This document shows, in pieces, positions 52,301 to 64,000 of a DNA stretch of 64,000 nucleotides (position 1 is its first letter; every line of letters starts with the position of its first letter). The stretch comes from Iphione sp. A-MEVVRFRX5. Its lineage: Eukaryota. The notes beneath the pieces were generated by a model. That model searched no databases. It was not told the origin of the DNA and saw only the letters and a list, made by a program, of their open reading frames with translations. The DNA lies in the NCBI GenBank assembly GCA_976226885.1, contig OZ320315.1, positions 50,530,001-50,594,000 of the forward strand, in the 5' to 3' direction. A program made the translations under genes and the position numbers.

Positions 52301-53389
52301 AGGCTTAAAATTGAAGTTTAAAATGATGTATTTAATCTACGTAAATGATAGACATTGTTGCGTGCGTGATAAATTAAATACAAACCTCAATATAATAGGA
52401 TGCCGTTGTCGCAATTGAAATGATATCTTTCCCACTGACAGTCAAGACGTAGATGTGATGGCTTCGAAATTAGGATTTCGTAACCAATTTTAGAAGATTT
52501 AGGTGAGGTGGTTCCCCTATGAATGGAAAATCAGCTTCACCTATGAATGGAAAAACATATAGAAAATACTTTCATGTAGTGGCGGTCCGTATATGCGAAT
52601 TAGTTTTTTGGACTACCACGGTAAGGGTGGTATTGTCTTTATGCAATTTATATTTAGTAATAATTAGAATTTAATGACTACTTTTTGAAGTGTTCTTGAG
52701 GAATTATTGGGTTAACTACTCCAAAACTAAATGGTTACAAATTTTCTTTTAAGAGTGCGTGGTACATTTTGTGACTTGCAGTATACTGAGGATGAGCATT
52801 GGATAAAAATGTTTATCCAGCTGTACTTCCAGCTTGCAAGATGCCCTGTTTATTTGTTAAAGGTATATAAATGGCTTCAATATCCGATCCGTCTAAACGG
52901 TTATCCTGCTCTCTATTTTGCTGGAAATGGTCTTTTTAGGTTATACTTTTGTGTTGAAAAATTAAATCGACAGTGGTCCCCCCATTTAATGTGATAAAAT
53001 AGAACAAAATTATGAGCGTTTGGGCCATGTGGTACATACATCATACACCATCCTTCCATGCAGTACACGGTAGCAGAACATTAAACATGGAGGGGGTCAT
53101 ATAGAGTTGTATGTATTGCATGAGCATAGACTTTATACCTATACATGCTCTATATCTAGACTCAGCGACAATCACCAACAGGCTATACCACTAATAGCTG
53201 CTCAAGAAACCTTTTCAGTAGCGAAAGAGCGTGGTGACAATCGGTCCGTCTTGAATTACAGGGACATCTGACTCATTAGGTGTTGTTGTGAAGTGTCTCT
53301 CACTGAACCTTGGATCAGGATGGCCCCTTGTCACTAAATGACAAGCGACTTCAGCGCTTGCACTGGTTGTATACAGTGGGGGAAAATAA

Positions 53390-53670
53390 TTTTCTCCCTC
53401 TCTCTCTATGTCCCTCTCCCTCCCTCCCTCCCTCCTTCCCTCCCCCTTCATTCATTTTCTCTCATTCTGTCTTCCTTTCCTTCTCTCTCTCCCTCTTTCT
53501 CTAGTATGTAGTAAAGGGCTCCCCTCACTCCTTTCCTCCGCCTTCCTCCTACTCTCTCCCTTCCACCCTCTACCTCCCTCTCTCTCTCCCTCTCTCTCTC
53601 CCTCTCTCTCTCCCTCTCTCTCTCCCTCCCTCTCCCTGCCTTGCTCTCTTCCTCTCCCCCTCTCCCTCTT
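53390..53670. repeat. Long polypyrimidine (CT/CCCT) low-complexity tract
   Basis: About 280 bp almost entirely C/T on the + strand, including repeated CCCTCTCTCTCT units. Confidence 0.95.
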
Positions 53671-55707
53671 GTTGTAGAAGTGGAAACATTGCCAAAACAT
53701 GTACATATTGTAGCAGAGATGTGCTTGTCATCTGCTGGTTCCTTACCACGTGGTACGATTATAAGCTAAAAATAGACATTGAGCTTGATTGTTATTGCAT
53801 AATCTTATGTCCAGCTATTGCGAAAGGCTGATCACATGGCCACTGCAGTAACCACTCTAGTAACTTTACAGGAGCCACTACAGGAGCAACCAATCAGAAT
53901 GTTGCCAGAGAGAGAGGGCCATAGCTGACTTGGTGAGTGGCTGAGTAGGGCCACGGCAGAGTCAACTTAGCTACAGGCAATGTGGGTGTGGGAGCATTGC
54001 TGAAGCATGAAATTGAAAGTACGGACAGGATGGGGGCCTTCCAAAAAGGGATAATAAAGTTGTCTATTTATATGTCTTTTTAAATGCCTTGCTGATTGCC
54101 TGGTTCCCCTTCAAGCACGCACAGTGATCAGAAGGCAAGGGGACTATTTCCAGGATCTGGTTTATAAATGTAGTGTAAAAATCAAAACCCCACACCACCA
54201 TCCAATATTGCAAAATTGTGTTTTACCTGTGTATAGTTCAGATGTATTGTACATAATGTAGGAATTTTGATTGCATCCACATATTCTATTTATTCAAAAC
54301 ATTCAATGCTTGAATCGAAGTTTTAATTTTAATTCAGTCCCGTTTTATGCGTTTTATTTTGAACTTTTACAATTTTATGTTCGCAAATTTTATTTTAACA
54401 AAAAAGTTAGGTGTCGGAAGGACAGTTTAACGTGTAACAAGGCATCGTTAAGTGTATCCCTGACGACAGTGACCGAAGTCAGCAAAGATAGCTCCAGTTC
54501 CATAATAGTTACAGCTTTCTCTGGTGGTCACATTATATGAGATTTAGACAATACCCTTTCCGAATTGCGGTCTGTTTGGGAATTACTATGGTAGAGCCAA
54601 ATGAGTCCCTAGGACTGTGTTTGTACAGTTTTGGTTCCACCCTAATTTTGTATACTAAGTCATAAAATAAAATAATATACAGATCGTACGATCATAGTGA
54701 CATGACGTATTCATTGAATAAACTTTGACCCGGTACTGCACAATTGGGCAGTACACAGCTGTACATGTAAGCGTGGCCTACAATAATTTGTGCTGCATGT
54801 GCTGTGATTTCTATTGTTGGCATGGCGTTACAATGACTGGTCCACTTGAACCTAAAATGAGGCCCCCGGCCTCATTATTCATAGGTCTTTTTATTGGCCT
54901 GTGTTTTCCTTTTATTCGTCACCCAAGTTGATTACAAACAAAAACTTGGATCGCCAAGCCAGCACCATGACTATAATTATGGTCGCAGCAGAAAGGAAAT
55001 TCTTTCATTCATTTTTGATCTGGCAGGTATCTGCATCTATGCCTCCATCATGCCTAACTACCTGCATATCTAACTACCTAACTTGGAGCCTCTCCATGTA
55101 AGTTAAAGTTGAAGTTGTTTATCATCTTTACACAACAAGATACAAAGGTTTCATAATAATATGAGAGAATAATACAAAATGCAAAACAAAAATTTAAGAA
55201 TGTACACTTAATTTGAAGAGACATCAGTCATTGGTATTAAAACAAGCATTCAAATATCAGAGCAGTGATATTTTAAATACCTCAAAGAAAGCAACATTGA
55301 CACACATCTTAGCAACCAGTCTAATTAGAATATTTTATAGCCAATGACCTCAGTATTAGCTAAATAAACATCAGTTACTATACAGACTTCTCCTAGAACA
55401 TGCAGTTGTCAGATTCCTAGGTATTGCTGAGCACCAAGTTGAGGACTATTGTGCATAATACAAGTCAAGAGGAAGATGAGCTTTAGGCACACTCTAAAAC
55501 CATTGACCCTTTTATATATGTTACTTCAAACTGCTTTTATGCAGATGTAGACCTACTAGTAAACTACAAGAAGCCTATCTCTCAGAGAAGGCAATAAAAT
55601 ACAATTGAGCAATTGAATTGCACTGCTGTGCTTCCTTCATGTTAAAATACATCTCTCATCAGCCCCTGTAATTTGGTTTTGAACAAGTATAATGATAGGT
55701 CAAGCAT

Positions 55708-56145
55708 CAGTGACCACTACCACAATACTTGAAAACCGAATGATCACTGTTTCTGGCTATTCTGTTTGAATTTTGAAAATTCTGATTTCAAATTGTAGCC
55801 TTACTTTTCAACTTAAACGTCATATTCTTTAGCCAAAAATCGGCAAAACTCAGCCAAATTCATCCAAAAATTGACAAAACTCAGTCAAATTTGTCAAAAA
55901 ATCAGCAAAATTTCAGCAAATTTGTCTGAAAATTGGCAAAAACAAGCCAAAGTCATAAAAAATCAGCCAAATTTATCTGAAAATCATGAAAAATCAGCCA
56001 AAGTCAGCTCAAAATCATTCTGATTTCAGATAGAAATCTTTGGTTATATGAATATTATAACAGAGAAAAACAATTGGTGCCAGCCAAATATGTTCAGATT
56101 TGGGAAAATTCGGTTTTTAAGTGTTCAGTTTCGGAGTAGCCACTG
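55708..56145. mobile_element. MITE-like DNA transposon relic with internal degenerate AAAATCAGCCA-type subrepeats
   Basis: Termini CAGTG...CACTG with imperfect inverted arms (cagtgaccactaccacaatacttgaaaaccgaat versus the reverse complement of attcggtttttaagtgttcagtttcggagtagccactg). Internal array of aaaatc(a/g)gc(c/a)aaa variants at about 55830-56015. No intact TSD. Confidence 0.55.
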
Positions 56146-56479
56146 TATATCAAACCCACCCAATTAGTCACAGTATTCACTGACAGATAGCTTTGTCTAA
56201 GTATAGTAGACAGAAGCCTCATGTAAACCACAAATAAAACCTATGCATAATGTATCGTGTACATGCTATGCAGCCTTAGTCATTATATGTACTCATCATT
56301 AGTCATGTTCAAAATAAATAGACCAGAACCTCTGACAAAATACAACCAAGAGAAGGTTTACATAAACACTACGTTTTGTTATACATGTATATGCTAAGCA
56401 GTTGCATATTGGAAGAGATACCCTGCACTAAAAAAACCTTCCAGAAGACACACTACCCATGTGAAGAAAAGCCTTGTAA

Positions 56480-58330
56480 AACATAAGGTCTATTACAGCC
56501 GCCATCTTCCCCTCAACCTTTCTCCAAGGACATAATGCAGCATGCAGCACTCAGTTTGTTGCCAGAACCAGTTAAGATGTCTATCCCTGTCCTTCAAAAG
56601 TACTGCACTTACAGTGCAGCCTTCCTGCATTGCAGGCCAAGATAATGGCAACAGCCTCAGCAGCTTTTTAGCTGCCCTAATTGCCTCTGCGAGGGTTTTC
56701 CAAGTGCATACTGTACTATAGCACAGTGACCTGCCATAGAGACCACCTTTTCTTTGACTCAACTTCACTCTGGTGGTTTCTCCTCTTCTGATCTTGGTTC
56801 TCTTTGATAAGGGAAGCAAGCCCAGGTGTACCTGGCAATGGATTGCATGCACTATCCTCAGATGAATCAGCTCTTCCACACATGGGACCCCACATCTGCT
56901 CTGCATCCTTCTGAAAGATACTGATTAGATTGCAGGGCCACTCTGGCACATCAATTTATGTTAACCTGGATAATATCTGCACTGCTAAGTCCATACAACA
57001 TAGTAGCAGCCTTGTGGAGATGTGGCAAGACAAGTTCCTTAATAAACATAAGCTTAGCTCACATAGGCCACTCTCTTTGCTCTCCCAGAAAAAATGAATC
57101 CATTAGCCACAGACCAGCCCAAGAAAGACTTTCTCCATTACACGCATTGCCACACTGCAGTGCCACAGAAGATCATGTGCTCTGGCTACCACTATAAGGT
57201 CATCTGCATAAAGCACCACCAAAGAGTTTGGTGGGAGATGCTGCACAATACAGTCAACCATGAGATTAAACATTAATGCTGGTGGATTCCTTTCCAAGGC
57301 ACTTGACAAATTAGGACCTGTCTGTCAAGTAGCTAGCATTTCTATTTCTGATGTTTGCACCAACACCTAGTTCAATGAGTTTATGCAGCACACTGTTGTA
57401 TGGTACTAAGTCAAAGGCTTTTTTGAAACCAAAAGCCAGAATACAATAGTAGTTTCCTCCATTGTACAATTTAAGCACATCCCCCAAAAGCTTCATAACT
57501 ACTGTTGCCATACTACTTCCAGCCCTGAACCCATATATGGCATCAGAGATCCTCTTCTGTCTTTCGATTTCATCCATGAGTCTAGACACAAACCATTTTT
57601 TACAGTTTTTTTCCCAGCCAATGGAAGGATGGAGACAGGACATTAGCTGTTTAGCTGCTCACAGGTTCTCTTCTTGAAGACTGGAGTTTCTCCCATGATC
57701 TTCCAATGTTTGAGGTACCTCCCAGTAGTGTAAATTCTCTCAAACACCTCGGTTCAGTAGTCTTGGGCCAGCATAATGAGGGGCTTGAAACCCCTGCTAG
57801 GAATTTCTACTATACCTGATGATTTCTGTAGTTTTTGTGTACTCATGAATCTCCTTACCTCCATCAGAGTTAGAGTGTCAATCTCAAGTCCATTCTGATC
57901 CCCTACTGGTAGAGGGTGATCAGCCTTGGCATGTCTTTGTGTCATCCTTTAAACTTCTTCAGCAAAATATGTGTTCAGCCAGGGATGGTTTTTCCTTTAA
58001 TGACTTCAGTCAATTGTAACACTTCCGCCTGTTGTCCCCTGCCAAGTAACTTATTCAGGACAGACCATAGGCATCTACCATCAGTCCAAGCATCATGGAT
58101 TCGTTTTGTCCAAAACATACTACGCTCCTTCTTCAGCTCTGATCCTCAAGTCATCAACTTCCCCATCCCTCATCCATCTGTCGAAATAGTATCTTCCATT
58201 TAGTATCAACTCTATTGTCCCTTTACTCACCTCTGGTCTGCCTTCTGGCTTTTTCTTTTTCAATTGCTCTTAGCCTGGCCTCAAAATATTCCCAAGATAC
58301 TTCATTATCCAAAATCATGTGAATAACATG
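56480..58330 (-). mobile_element. Decayed non-LTR retrotransposon (CR1/L2/Jockey-like LINE), EN-RT linker, RT and C-terminal region
   Basis: ORF 57311-57643 has YGFRAGSS and FKKAFDLVPYN. ORF 57103-57309 has LYADD (codons at 57199-57210). The upstream linker reads KKERSMFWTKRIHDAWTDGRCLWSVLNKLLGR. Multiple stops/frameshifts and almost no CpG. Confidence 0.9.
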
Positions 58331-58492
58331 GGATCAAAGCATAAATGGAGTCTTGTACTTCATATATTGTGTGACTAGCTGTAGAGTGCAATGTGAAGTT
58401 TAGAAAAGCGCTTTTCCAAAGCTGTCTTTACAAATTGCATGACCTTTCCCCTCCTGCGCCACATGTAGTTCACATGCCGCATACAATATGAC

Positions 58493-58681
58493 AAAACATC
58501 TATCTAAAACAGTCTATCTATCATATTATAAACTATTTGATCAAGGCTACTTCTCACACAAAACGAAACAGTCTATCTAACATCTAAAATCTATAAAACA
58601 GTCTATCTAACATCTATCTAAACAGTCTATCTAACATCTATATAAACATCTATCTAAAACAGTCTATCTAAAACAGTCTAT
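58493..58681. repeat. Degenerate minisatellite built from AAACAGTCTATCT / AACATCTATCT units
   Basis: Repeated aaacagtctatcta and acatctatcta variants. Confidence 0.85.
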
Positions 58682-59820
58682 AGAAGGGAAAGTAACTACT
58701 TCTTGTAAAGATAGTTCTGTACCTAATATATATACGGACAGTTGGTTGCATTGCTTCCTCCCAATCCGGAAGTGACAACCATAAAAATACCCACAACACC
58801 AAGGATAACATCAACAGGAACCCCCACGACTGACTTAGCAAGTCTATTAAATATTATTGTGAAAGGGAAAAATTCAAGATACAGATGGCACATTTGTTAA
58901 GAAAGACACAACACATAGGCATCAGCAGTAGGAGCAGCTACTTGATATTATCATCTGTAAACAGATGAAAGAGTACGAGAATTCTGTGTACACGCAGCTA
59001 AATTAATGGAAACTGCCTATTTCAATTGAATATGTGAATAGCAATTTTAATAGCGACACGGGTCTGACAGCGAGAGAGGGAAACTCATCAGCGGTGAACA
59101 TTTACCTCCCAGTACTAATTAGCACAATAACAGAAGTGATTCAACAAAGACACCTGACTCTGCCTTGAATCCGATCAAATGAAACTAAGAGAAGACTCAT
59201 AACTAGGCAGCCTTGATAAGGATTACACAGATTTGTAGGTAGGTAATAGCACAAGGACCATGGACGGCACGAATATAATTGATCAAGGGTACTTCTCGCA
59301 CAACAGAACAGGCTAGACATGAAGGAGTGCCAAGATATGGCTAGAATTCCATGTCCGAGGGTTACCAGGCTGTCTTCGTGCTGTTCCAATACAGAATCTG
59401 TATTCCTTTGAGTGAAATATCCCGATCAATAAAAAGATATCTGTCGCGTTTTTATGCAACAGTTCAGGTATCCTACAAATCTATCAACAAAGATCATATT
59501 TTTTAAAACTGTTTATCTAACCTGAAATTTCGATATATCACAGAGTACCTTATCCGCATATGTATTAATTTAAGGGTTTATACAATTTTAAAGACGTGTT
59601 TCATGGTGGGATGAATGAATGGTACAGGCATATGTGACACAACAGGTTTTTTTGCGGAGGGTAATTCCATTGTGTGCGTCAGAGTACTAAGCCCCTATCT
59701 ATAGCTTTGGTGATTATCCCAATAATTTGTACGATTCCCTTTAGAATCCACGAGTATATCACTGATATTGTTTTCCCTATTTTGTCTGATAGGCTGCCAA
59801 AGTCTAACATACCTAAGGTA

Positions 59821-60469
59821 CAGTAAAACCCCTCTACAGCGGACATCGATGGGACTGACGCCAAGGCGTCCACTGTGGGGGGTGTCCGCTGTCACCAGGC
59901 CATTGCAGAGGGGTATGTTCAAGGTGGTAGAATGGAGTTTAGCAGTTGTAGAGGGAATAAATGCTCTGGTAGAGGGTATGTTCAAGGTGGTAGAGTGGAG
60001 TTTGCAGTTGTAGATGGAATATATACTGTGGAAGGGTGAATGATTCCAGTGGTCTACTGGAGGGGTTTATGTATGCTCCAGGGCCCTACAGGTGACGGGG
60101 ACGGTTTCGCGCCTCTAACGGAGGTGTGATGCCCACCAAAGAGAGGTTACTCCAGGGTAACAACGACAGTTTTACACCTCTACCGGAGGTGTGACACCCC
60201 TCAAAGAGAGGTTACTCCAGGGTGAGTAGGACAAAGAGCTGGCAGTAGCGGTTCCTCCAGGGTTAAATGTCCGCTGTAGGCACTTGAAAATCAGTGTTTG
60301 GGACTGTCTGGAGGGTGTCCGAAGGAGGGGTGTTCATTGTGGCCGGGTGTCCACTGTGGCCCGCCACAATAAACATGATATAGAGGCATTCTGCTCTGGA
60401 CTGGCACCAGGGCGTCCGTTGTGAGAGGCGTCTGCTGTGCCCGGGCATCCGTAATAAGGGGTTCACCTG
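59821..60469. mobile_element. Non-autonomous Tc1/mariner-pogo(Tigger)-type MITE, 649 bp
   Basis: TA|CAGTAAAACCCCT...AGGGGTTCACCTG|TA: imperfect terminal inverted repeats flanked by TA (59819-59820 and 60470-60471). Repeated subterminal GTCCGCTG/GTCCACTG-type motifs at both ends and no coding capacity. Confidence 0.7.
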
Positions 60470-60841
60470 TATACTATTTTGCATTACAACCAAACCTTGA
60501 CATCTAGAGTGGCAATAACCAGATAATTGTATTATTGGACCTGAATTTGTTTTCTGTATCCAGATTGTATTCGACTTTAAGAGACAATTTATGGTAAAAT
60601 GAATGTTCTTTAACTAGACGAGGAATAACAAAGGATACGCCAGCGACTGTTACATAAGTATGAAAAGCTGCCCGTGACCTTATAAACATTGAAACAACTG
60701 AGTCTTATACACCATGGTCATCCCTTTGAGGACGTCAATACATGTGAAATGGGAGCTGTCACCTCCTAAAGGAACAAACAACACAAAAGTCAGAGTAACT
60801 ATCATGGGTTAAAACATTAATTAATTTACTATAGATTTTAA

Positions 60842-61881
60842 CCCTTTCCTGGCCATGAAAAGTGAAGCTTTTGGCACTGATAACTGTTGTTTCCTATATC
60901 ATTTTAAGCTGTAGGATTTAATATGTATTCTAGTTTCTTTGTAATGTTATATATCAAAACAAAACCCTTGAATTACATGTTATTTTGAAAATATTTTATT
61001 TCATTACTTCACCATGGCAAAAAGACATTATAAAAATATGATAGAAATTAGAGAATCTACATTACATTTACCCTGATTTACACTACTGGTAGGTAAACAT
61101 TGAAAAATATTGCTCCTACAAGAAAATGTTCCATTAAGAAAGTATTCGGGAAGTAAATATCACTGTTTTGATACCTAATATGTTCTGTGATTCAAAACAT
61201 ATTTTGTCATGACCTGTACATACACATGTTTTGAGCAAAATAGCACATCACCATATGCATCAGCATCACTGATGCATCATGGTATATGTGAAAAAGAGAA
61301 ATAATCATAATTGGTCAAAGAATACTGTTCAAATATAAGTGTTAACACAATAAACTATGAATCCCATCACCACTTTTTTGACAAAAATTGATAACAGGCA
61401 GCCTTTATCACATAAATGTAATATAAAATATTCAAAATAATTATGTAATAATTACATGCAGTCTTGTATTAATAAAGAGGTTATAGGACAAAATAGGCTA
61501 TGTGTCTAGTATTATTCCCGATAATATTTAAACAAAAGGTTCCAATTACCTACAAGAATGAACACTCTCACACTTTGTGGGAATAAGTGGAGAATATAAC
61601 ATTAATTTATCAGCTTTTTACAGTTTAAATGCATATCTTATTAAAATGTCTACAAAAATATGTGAAAGTGCTCATTTTTGAGGCTCTCACAGGTCATGTG
61701 ACTTCTTTTCCATGGCAACCCAGTGAATGTTTGCAAAATATAGAGTAATATTGTCTGGCATATGATATGGTCTTCTTTTGTGCCAAAAATGAAGAAAATC
61801 CATAAAATATCAATTATCTAACCAGGAGATTGAATAAAATCGATTATTGGTGATCAGTTTTCCTTTGGTGGTCAGAAAGGG
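60842..61881. mobile_element. Non-autonomous piggyBac-like element (about 1.04 kb)
   Basis: TTAA (60838-60841)|CCCTTTCCTGGCCA...TGGTCAGAAAGGG|GTAA (61882-61885, a degenerate TTAA). CCC...GGG termini with an imperfect 13-14 bp TIR and AT-rich non-coding interior. Confidence 0.55.
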
Positions 61882-61899
61882 GTAAAGTATCTAGAGGCC

Positions 61900-64000
61900 A
61901 CTAGTAGCACATCAATGTCGAAGGCCCCAAATAAGTCCTCCAGGGGCAGCCACACTGCTGACAAGGCCAGTGCGACAAACTGTCAGCATTATTGTGCACC
62001 CTTCCGGCTTGGTGGATCACCTCCACCTCCCAACAGGAAATTTCCTCCAGCCATCAGGCTATCTGTCCTTCCGGCTTGCAGAAGTTCAAGAGCCACTTCT
62101 CAGCCACCGGTCTCTTGCTCCGATTCCTCTCGCTCAGGTTCGCCCTCCATGTCTTCTGCCTCCGCAACGTAAGTTCCCCTCTGGAGCCAGACTTCGTCTT
62201 CAGCGGCATTAAGGCAGAGGAGTGGGGCCTTTCCCTTGTTCACAGTGGCTAAGGTGTGGGGCACGCGCCACCCAACCCTTTGTTTGACAGCTGGGTCCGG
62301 CCCCACCATCCACTCTCCCACTTGGGCTTGGCCGATCATAACCGAGACGACTGTCTCAGCTCAGCTCCTTAGACAGGTGTCCTCCACAGGGCAAACCCGC
62401 TCCACTCAGCTGCTATGTTTCCTGAGGGAGATTGTCCCCGCTGCTGTGTCCACCACAGCCCCTCTCTGGTGGAGGGCGTCCATCCCCAGGATGGCGGTGT
62501 GCTTCTCTTCGGCAATGAGGGCTCCCTTCATCCACAAAATAGGCAGTGACTAGTGTGCTTCCAGCACACAGGAAGGGGCTTCCATTGGCCACTATAATTT
62601 GCCACCCAGGCAGAGTGGTGACTGGCAATTGAAGGGCCTCTGCCCTCCTCACCACGAGGATGGTAGTGGAAGCCTCTGTATTGACCAACCAGGTAATATC
62701 ATGTCCTCCAACCTTCCCTCAGATGCTCAGCATCCCCAACTGAGGTCCACCTGCCCCTTCAGGACGATGAGAGCCTGCACCTCTTCCAGTGGCTGTAAGT
62801 CCACCCTTTCTCTTATCCAGCTTCTAAGCTGCTCCCTGGGGATAGACTCCACCGCCACCTCTGCCGGTCCCCTTACTGGGAGGGTGGCATATCATTTTCC
62901 TCTGGTTTCAGCCTCAGGGGACAATCCCACTTAAAGTGGTCTTTTCCACACCAGAAACAACCAATCTTACCTCCACACAGAGGGCTCTGGGCCAACTGCT
63001 CCTCGAGCAGGTCCAGCTTCTTGGCTAGGCAGGTTAGGAACTCCTCCTCATGCTTTGAGTTGCATCCTGCTTCTGGGGCAACCAGGGCATGGCAGCCGGC
63101 CTTCCACATAGCCTTCTTCCCGGTCAGCTCTCTCTCCCTCTGCCCTTGGAAGTATGCCTTGCTAAACTGGGCTTCAGAGACCGCAGCCCAAAAGTTCTCT
63201 ACCCTCCACTGGACTATCCACTTCCTCACCTTCTTGTTGGTGATGGCATGGATAAAGCTTTCCTTACACAGCTCGTCGACCCATCACCCACGCACCCCTG
63301 GGTAAGCCCACCTTACCAAGTTTTCTACATCATCGGCCAGCTGGGACAGGTTAGCCTCTCCTTGCTTATGGGTCTTCAATTGTTGCTTATAAAGGTCCAC
63401 CTGATCCAGCGAGTGAAACCTCCTGCGGAGCACTTCCACAAGCTTCTGGTACACATGGGGGTCCTGGACCTGCACTCTGGCATTTTGCATTGTCATTCTC
63501 ACCGGACCACGGAGACTCATTCAGAGGTGGATTGCCTTTTCCCTGTTGTTCCACTTGTTGGCGGTGGCCATGAGGATGAAGTGGTGAAAGTAATCATCAA
63601 GGTCCATTGAGCTGTCAAAGGGCTTGGGCTTAGCCTATCCTCCTGTTCCTCCTCCTCCTCTTCTGACTCTGTGATAGGGTCATCCCCTCCGAGCTGCTCT
63701 TTTGTCCCTGCGCTGGTTGGCCTCCCTCCACATCGAGGGCCTCCGCTGCTTCAGGGTCCTCCGCAGGTCCTGGCCCTGCCAAGCCTTTGTCCCTGCATTC
63801 CGGGGGAGAAGCCTGTCCCTCCTCCGTCCCTTTGCCTCCCCCCTACAACCTGGAGGGGTGCGAACTGAGCACAGCCTTCCTGGTGGTAGCTGCTCCATCC
63901 CTGCCCCCTCAGTGTCCTCCGTGGGGGTGCTCCTAGTGACCCTCCGCGTCCCTGTCCCAGCGGTAGGTTTTGTGGAATTCCATCATTCATCCATAAATAA
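61900..64000 (-). mobile_element. Decayed Ty3/Gypsy LTR retrotransposon, gag and protease region; pol lost after the protease; element runs off the right edge
   Basis: Gag-like segment LRRRFHSLDQVDLYKQQLKTHKQGEANLSQLADDVENLVRWAYP (63284-63520). Zinc knuckle CFWCGKDHFKWDC at 62921-62959 (one residue short of CX2CX4HX4C). Aspartic protease motif degenerated to LVNTEAS (from LVDTGAS; NTEAS codons at 62668-62682), followed by ILGMDAL. In-frame stops present; no RT/RNaseH/integrase seen before the break near 61900. Confidence 0.9.

Noticed and set aside
1-64000. Hox/homeobox exon, RAG-like transposase, CRISPR array, tRNA/rRNA/snRNA genes
   Set aside because: Searched by eye for WFQNRR-type codons, tRNA T-loops, snRNA starts and repeat-spacer arrays; none found. 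The 151-bp repeat has no spacers.

Overview
Eukaryotic (animal) genomic DNA, almost entirely non-coding; no prokaryotic operons, CRISPR arrays, rRNA or tRNA genes were seen. The strong excess of the palindrome TACATGTA, the moderate GC and the mosaic CpG pattern suggest an invertebrate such as amphioxus (Branchiostoma); this is inference, not a database result. Architecture: (i) 1-20 kb is probably intronic or intergenic, with GC/CpG-rich non-coding islands, a decayed + strand LINE (about 10.1-11.4 kb), a symmetric MITE-like element and a 3x151-bp tandem repeat. (ii) One convincing protein-coding segment, a putative terminal exon at 20162-21016 (+), encodes an unidentified S/P/T-rich C-terminus ending in EEVV and is followed by a plausible 3' UTR. 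(iii) About 21-53 kb is gene-free and apparently transposon-poor, with many CpG-rich islands full of developmental/stress transcription-factor motifs, i.e. a likely cis-regulatory landscape. The window holds two perfect DR5 retinoic-acid-response elements, at 2.3 kb and 45.5 kb. (iv) After a long CT tract at 53.4 kb the sequence switches to a CpG-depleted transposon graveyard: MITEs, a minus-strand LINE and a decayed Gypsy gag-protease. I found no demonstrably new biological system. The best leads are the unidentified exon, the regulatory landscape with its sharp CpG boundary, and an unassigned decayed coding relic at 6.2-7.3 kb.
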